IMG/VR virus record: IMGVR_UViG_3300032282_004007
Coordinates: 1-60,814 of that record
Reading direction: 5' to 3' (one strand)
DNA: 60,814 nucleotides
Origin: a virus
Lineage: Duplodnaviria; Caudoviricetes
In this document: positions 55,823 to 60,814 of the stretch, in pieces
Numbering within the stretch: position 1 is the stretch's first letter
Layout of the letters: the number at the start of each line of letters is the position of its first letter
The notes under the pieces: generated by a model
The model's input: the letters and a program-made list of their open reading frames with translations, nothing else
What the model was told of the DNA's origin: nothing
Databases searched by the model: none
Translations under genes and position numbers: made by a program

Positions 55823-58132
55823 ATGGCACAAATAATTAAACACAGAAGGGGTGGGATCACGCAACTTAAAGACGTTACAGCGAGAATAGGTGAAGTGGTG
55901 ATGGCTACCGGTTCAATAAGCGACTTAAACGGTCCCTTTTTATTCGTCGGTGAATCCGAAGGTGTTGCAGGCGCTTATCGTCCAGCATCTAAGATCTACC
56001 AAGGAACAACAGCGCCTACTCTAACAGCAGGTTCACACGGATCGGTATTAGATGGTACTCCGTTCTATGCTGCGGGGAATAAATCATTCTACATTTTAAG
56101 CCAAGCAGGTAATAGTAGAATAAATTTAACAGGTAATATTGAAGGAAACACAATTTCAGGTGTAACAATCAATAACCTAACTGGTAGTATCGGTACTTTT
56201 GATACTTACGTATCTGCATCAGCAGTTAACGTTACTGGTAACACACAAATAGGCGGTACTTTAACGGTTCAGGGCGCAACAAGTATTAACGATGACTTAT
56301 ATATTACAGGTAACACATACCAAACTGGTTCGATTTATCTTACAGGTGATGTTGTTTTATCCGGTAGCATTAATATTGGCGACAATATTAGCACAGACAT
56401 TATTAACTTCCAAGGAGAGGTTAGTTCGTCAATTATACCAAAATTAAATAATACATTTGATTTAGGTTCACCAACAAATGCTTGGCAAGATCTTTATGTT
56501 AGCGGAACTGCACATATTGAAAATATTTCTATCGGTGGAATCTCCACAACAAATTTATATCTTCCTGGCGATTTAGTGGTAAGTGGTACAACAATATTGT
56601 CTGGTTCAGTCCACATTGAAAACACATTAAATGTATCAAGCAGTGCAGCAATAACTGGCGGATTATATGTTGGTGGAGATTTTACAGCCAACGGTAGTAA
56701 TTCGACACTTACAGCAAATTATGGTGGTAATAGCATCTCATTAAATACATATAATGGTGCAACTATTAATTTATCTGGCCCAACAAATATTAATGGTGAT
56801 ACTAGTGTAACTGGCGCGTTAAATGTTGGTGGTAACACAAATTTTAGTGGATCAGTTTACGTTGAGGATTTAACTCAAAAAAGATTGGTTGTTGTTGGTG
56901 CGGATGGTTTATTAACCGATTATAGTGGTTTAACTTTCGATAATGGTAACTTAAATGTTTCAGGAGCAATCGAAGTAACAAATATTCAAGGTACTGGTTC
57001 ATTATATTTGAAACCTGACCAAGCCGACGGAAGATATTTTGAAATTTATAACACAGGTGCAAGTGATACGCACATTAAATCTAGTGGTGGCTTAAGTTTC
57101 TTTGGTGATGATACGAATTACTTAAAAGTCGACGACTATTCACAAACAGCAACACTTGTTGGTGTAAATGGTGTAATTGTTAGTTCTTCATTACAAGTAA
57201 CAGGTTCAGTGTTCACTGACAAAATTTTAGGTACTGGTTCACTTTATTTACAACCCGATCAAATCGACGGAAGATATTTTGAAATTTATAACACAGGCGC
57301 AAGTGATGTACACATTAAATCTAGTAATGGTTTAAGTTTCTTTGGTGATGATACCAATTACTTAATGATTAATGATAGTGCACAAACAGTAACAATTGTT
57401 GGTGTAAATGGTGTAAACATTAGTTCTTCATTAACTGTTACTGGGGCAACAACAATACATGGTGATGAAACCGTTAATGGTATTTTAACTGTTACAGGTA
57501 ACACTCAATTAGGTGGTAACTTATACATTTCTGGAACATTAGAGGTTTTAGGTTCTGCAACTGAAGTACACATTCAATCACAAGTTGTTGAGTTGGATGA
57601 TAACATCATCAGATTAAACGCTTATTCTCCATTTGAAAGGTATGCTGGATTTGAGGTTATGGATTCTGGTTCTTCTGGAATTTCTGCTTCAATGCTTTGG
57701 GATTCTTTAAATGATTACTGGATGTTTGTTTCAGCAAGTGGTCAAACAAGTAAATTTGTTGGTACAACAGCAGGAGCATATGGTTCAGAAGTTAGTTTAA
57801 CAACAAATAGCATTGTAAAAGCAACCGGAGCAAGCACAATTGGAGATAGTTTATTGGTTGACAACGGTACAACATTATCTTACAACACAAATAAGTTTAT
57901 TATAACGGGTTCAACAGGTGAAACCTTAATTTACGGTAATGTGACATTAAGTGCTGTTGGTGGTACTGATGCGGGTACAAAAACATCTGCTATCATGTTC
58001 AGAAACTCTTCAAATGTTCTTGGTTATGTATCTACAACTACAGGAACTGTTGAAACAAATGCTTTACTTGGTTATAAACAATCAGATGGAACATTAGTAT
58101 TCTCAGATTTAATTGACGGAGGTTCATACTAA
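55823..58132 (+). CDS. tail fibre protein with internal duplication
   Basis: MAQIIKHRRG N-terminus, G.L.V.G repeats, FDLGSPTNAW, ends IDGGSY. Confidence 0.75.
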   Translation: MAQIIKHRRGGITQLKDVTARIGEVVMATGSISDLNGPFLFVGESEGVAGAYRPASKIYQGTTAPTLTAGSHGSVLDGTPFYAAGNKSFYILSQAGNSRINLTGNIEGNTISGVTINNLTGSIGTFDTYVSASAVNVTGNTQIGGTLTVQGATSINDDLYITGNTYQTGSIYLTGDVVLSGSINIGDNISTDIINFQGEVSSSIIPKLNNTFDLGSPTNAWQDLYVSGTAHIENISIGGISTTNLYLPGDLVVSGTTILSGSVHIENTLNVSSSAAITGGLYVGGDFTANGSNSTLTANYGGNSISLNTYNGATINLSGPTNINGDTSVTGALNVGGNTNFSGSVYVEDLTQKRLVVVGADGLLTDYSGLTFDNGNLNVSGAIEVTNIQGTGSLYLKPDQADGRYFEIYNTGASDTHIKSSGGLSFFGDDTNYLKVDDYSQTATLVGVNGVIVSSSLQVTGSVFTDKILGTGSLYLQPDQIDGRYFEIYNTGASDVHIKSSNGLSFFGDDTNYLMINDSAQTVTIVGVNGVNISSSLTVTGATTIHGDETVNGILTVTGNTQLGGNLYISGTLEVLGSATEVHIQSQVVELDDNIIRLNAYSPFERYAGFEVMDSGSSGISASMLWDSLNDYWMFVSASGQTSKFVGTTAGAYGSEVSLTTNSIVKATGASTIGDSLLVDNGTTLSYNTNKFIITGSTGETLIYGNVTLSAVGGTDAGTKTSAIMFRNSSNVLGYVSTTTGTVETNALLGYKQSDGTLVFSDLIDGGSY
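56984..57445 (+). repeat. 240-bp (80-aa) tandem duplication inside tail fibre gene
   Basis: GTGSLYL.PDQ.DGRYFEIYNTGASD.HIKSS.GLSFFGDDTNYL at ~56990 and ~57230. Confidence 0.92.
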
Positions 58133-58152
58133 AGTTAAAAATAGATAAAATG

Positions 58153-58181
58153 AAAAGGGAACTCAAAAGGTTCCCTTTTTT
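58153..58181 (+). terminator. Rho-independent terminator
   Basis: AAAAGGGAAC-tcaaaag-GTTCCCTTTTTT. Confidence 0.82.
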
Positions 58182-58344
58182 GTGTGTTTATGGTAGACAT
58201 TCTTACACAAAACAAAATTAAAATTTTCAACAAGATTTATTGGTATTTCATTTATTTAATCTAAAGTTTTATGTATTTATAGTAAGATCTAAATAGATCT
58301 AATAACCGTGGTACATACCACAATACATAGGAGAGAACATATAT

Positions 58345-60249
58345 ATGTCACAAATAGTAAAACTGCGTAGGAGTAGTGTACCCGGTCAAAAACCCACTAA
58401 CTCAAATTTACAATTAGGCGAATTAGCGTTAAACACTACCGACGGTAAAGTTTACATGGCTGTTTCCGGTTCTCTCGGACCATCAGTTGAAGAATTAATT
58501 TCAACAAACACGGTTAATACTGGTTCAATCAATGTTAGTGGTAGTATTAATTTAATTGGTGATCAAAATGTTACTGGTTCAGTTATCGCAACATCATTTG
58601 TTGGTAATGGTAGCGGACTAACAAATATTGGTTACACAGAAAAATTATTTTACGTTAGCGAGGATGGAAATGATTTAAATGATGGTAAAACATTATCTAC
58701 CGCATTTAGAACTATTAAAGCAGCGGCATTAGCGGCAGCAGATTTAGTTGCATTAAATCCTCCAAACCCATATCCGTATAGAACAAGTATTCATGTTAAA
58801 ACAGGTTATTATGTTGAGGAAGCACCAATAGTGTTAGTTAATAACGTATCAGTTTTAGGTGATGATTTAAGATCAGTAGTTGTTCGTCCAACGGATGCAA
58901 CAAAGAACCAGAATTTGTTTTTAATGAACAATGCAACATATGTTCATGGTCTTAGATTAGAGGGTTGTGAAATTGATGATTTAGAAAACCCAAGAAATGG
59001 TTTCTTTTTTGCTTTCCAACCAGGAGCATATATCACAACGTCACCATACGTTCAAAACTGTTCAGCAATTAATACACCATTCTCTAAGTTCTATACTCCA
59101 TTAGATTTTGATAATGGTAACCCACTAGTTGGTAATGGTCCTGGAGGAATGTTAATTGATGATTCAGTACTAGACCCGTATAGCCCACTTCACTCAATGA
59201 TTGTGGATTCATATACACAGGTTGCCTTCAATGGTATTGGTATGTGTGCAAGAGGTAGAGGTTATGGTCAAATGGTATCGTTCTTTACTAACTTTAGTAG
59301 AGTTGGTGTTTATTGTATTGATGGTGGGCACGCTTCATTATTAAACTCAAACACAACATTTGGTGATTATGGTTTACGTTCCAAAGGAATGAGAATTTTA
59401 GTTAAACCAGATACAACAATAGTAACAGGTACAACAGTTGACCCAACGGCGTCGGCATATATTGCAACAAAGAAAACACAAATCCAATCATATATGATGT
59501 CACAATTAGCACTTTATGGTACTTATGCGTCATCTTATAGTAATACTGGGTCAACAATATATCAATCAACAATAAAAGATTCTGGTTTATTATTAAATGC
59601 AATTTGTGATGATTTATTATCACCAGTTGTTACCCGTGTTTCACAAATAGCATCAGGATTTTTTATCGGTCAAGATACATCTGTGGGTAGTGTTTATACA
59701 TTACCTGTTCAAAGCGGATTCACACAAGGCGCAATTGCTGCCTTCCCTGTAACTTCAGGCCACACTGGTATTGCTGAAGATTTTGTTTTAGCATATCAAT
59801 ACATTAGAGATTATTTTGTAAATGATCCTGATAATATATTTGGTTCAATAAGCGGCGCAACAATTACAAAAATAAGTCAATTATTAAGTGTTGTCGAAGA
59901 TACTGTACAACGAGTAATTGTTGATCAAGCAGGCGGTGATTTATTAGTTGAATTTGGTTCATTAATCACATCAACGTCACATGATTTCTCATATGCAGGT
60001 TCAGGTGTTAACTTTTTAGCACTTCCTGTTAACCAAGGTGGTGTGGGTGTTACAAATTTAGATATTAGAATTTATCAAGAAAGTGGTGGTAGAGTTTATT
60101 ATACTGCTGGTGATGAAACCGGTGACCAATATCAAGGTAATGATTTCGTTATTAGACAAAAGACAGGAACTATTGAGGGTAGAACATTTTATAAATCAAT
60201 ATCGTCAGTAATTACACCAATAAACTTAGCATTAGAGAGTAACTTTTAA
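58345..60249 (+). CDS. tail fibre / tailspike with Mtd_N-like N-terminus and pectate-lyase-like beta-helix
   Basis: VKLRRSS...GELALNTTDGKVY; YVSEDGNDLNDGKTLSTAFRTIKAA; SPYVQNCS; DSYTQV. Confidence 0.75.
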   Translation: MSQIVKLRRSSVPGQKPTNSNLQLGELALNTTDGKVYMAVSGSLGPSVEELISTNTVNTGSINVSGSINLIGDQNVTGSVIATSFVGNGSGLTNIGYTEKLFYVSEDGNDLNDGKTLSTAFRTIKAAALAAADLVALNPPNPYPYRTSIHVKTGYYVEEAPIVLVNNVSVLGDDLRSVVVRPTDATKNQNLFLMNNATYVHGLRLEGCEIDDLENPRNGFFFAFQPGAYITTSPYVQNCSAINTPFSKFYTPLDFDNGNPLVGNGPGGMLIDDSVLDPYSPLHSMIVDSYTQVAFNGIGMCARGRGYGQMVSFFTNFSRVGVYCIDGGHASLLNSNTTFGDYGLRSKGMRILVKPDTTIVTGTTVDPTASAYIATKKTQIQSYMMSQLALYGTYASSYSNTGSTIYQSTIKDSGLLLNAICDDLLSPVVTRVSQIASGFFIGQDTSVGSVYTLPVQSGFTQGAIAAFPVTSGHTGIAEDFVLAYQYIRDYFVNDPDNIFGSISGATITKISQLLSVVEDTVQRVIVDQAGGDLLVEFGSLITSTSHDFSYAGSGVNFLALPVNQGGVGVTNLDIRIYQESGGRVYYTAGDETGDQYQGNDFVIRQKTGTIEGRTFYKSISSVITPINLALESNF

Positions 60250-60260
60250 AATATAGGAAT

Positions 60261-60614
60261 ATGCCAATAGTAAATAATTTACCGTTAAATAAATTCAGAT
60301 TGATCACCGCAAATTTAAGTAGTGGTGATAATGTGATATATCAAGAAGATTTAGATGTTGCATCAATTGTATTGTCTTGTCAAATAACAAACATTACTGG
60401 AACAACGCAAACAGCAACAATACAAATTCAAAAGAGCGGAACAACTGGAAATAATATCACATTATTTAAGAACGGTGTGATACCCCCTAACGAATCATTT
60501 AATCCAATAGGTGGTAAAGTAGTTCTTGAAAGAAATGACGCGCTCATTATAAATACTAATCAAACAGGTGCATTAGATGTGGTGTTATCTGTTCTTGAGA
60601 ATGCAATTAACTAA
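60261..60614 (+). CDS. small virion protein (tail-associated beta-sandwich)
   Basis: SIVLSCQITN...GKVVLERND...DVVLSVLE pattern, commonly seen next to T4-like fibre genes. Confidence 0.6.
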   Translation: MPIVNNLPLNKFRLITANLSSGDNVIYQEDLDVASIVLSCQITNITGTTQTATIQIQKSGTTGNNITLFKNGVIPPNESFNPIGGKVVLERNDALIINTNQTGALDVVLSVLENAIN

Positions 60615-60623
60615 GGATAAAAA

Positions 60624-60814
60624 ATGTCTAAATTAATAGGTAGAAAACCAGTTGAAACAAAATTATCGGATTTACAAAATAATCATTTACCAATATATGA
60701 TTCAGGAAGTAGGTCGTGGAGCACAATAGACGCTGCAGATTTAGTATCTGGTAGTGCGATTACTGGTGGAACAAACACCTTTACCGCTGATCAAATTATT
60801 AGCGGAAGTTTAGA
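60624..60814 (+). CDS. 5' part of another fibre-like protein (truncated by window)
   Basis: MSKLIGRKPVETKLSD...GTNTFTADQIISGSL, open to window end. Confidence 0.6.
   Translation, partial: MSKLIGRKPVETKLSDLQNNHLPIYDSGSRSWSTIDAADLVSGSAITGGTNTFTADQIISGSL

Noticed and set aside
1066-59623. Numerous 60-150 aa antisense or alternate-frame ORFs in the track
   Set aside because: Nested within well-supported genes, with no motifs and atypical composition.
1-60814. Stop-codon reassignment (TAG or TGA), as in some large Bacteroidota phages
   Set aside because: Genes are full length and tightly packed in code 11. TAG and TGA act as real stops (e.g. 50739, 52979, 50321). Reading through TAG 45870 gives nothing sensible, unlike the -1 frame.
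1-60814. tRNA or rRNA genes
   Set aside because: No cloverleaf with a T-loop GTTCRA in the few intergenic gaps by eye; tRNAscan-SE would confirm.

Overview
A 61-kb, AT-rich, densely coding fragment of a large (probably jumbo) T4-like myovirus. The host is most likely Bacteroidota, inferred from TAnnTTTG-type promoters, near-absence of Shine-Dalgarno motifs, and Bacteroidota-type sigma70, Hc1 and NusG. Standard code 11 is used throughout. Gene order: replication module (gp32-like SSB, RecA/UvsX, 5'-3' exonuclease, DnaB-like helicase, class II RNR); baseplate module including a 2876-aa protein with a ~1020-aa Thr/Pro array, EGF-like Cys motifs and a PA14-like domain; RuvC, primase, PD-(D/E)XK nuclease, Mre11/Rad50, ClpP; putative lysis genes; sigma factor; acidic head-internal proteins; NusG, AAA ATPase, thioredoxin, glutaredoxin; tail-fibre genes. 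Most notable unexplained signals: (1) a self-contained ~70-nt late transcript (32704-32773) whose unpaired segment is antisense to the dominant ACA-CCA-AC Thr-Pro repeat; (2) an ORF (40424-41218) enclosed by a 15-bp 5'/3' pairing with a structured leader; (3) an A-AAA-AAG -1 frameshift adding a 117-aa Thr/Pro tail to a membrane protein next to an apparently inactive amidase; (4) a TATTTAT late-promoter motif often 4-7 nt before the ATG, suggesting leaderless mRNAs. All functional calls come from reading motifs by eye; no searches were run.
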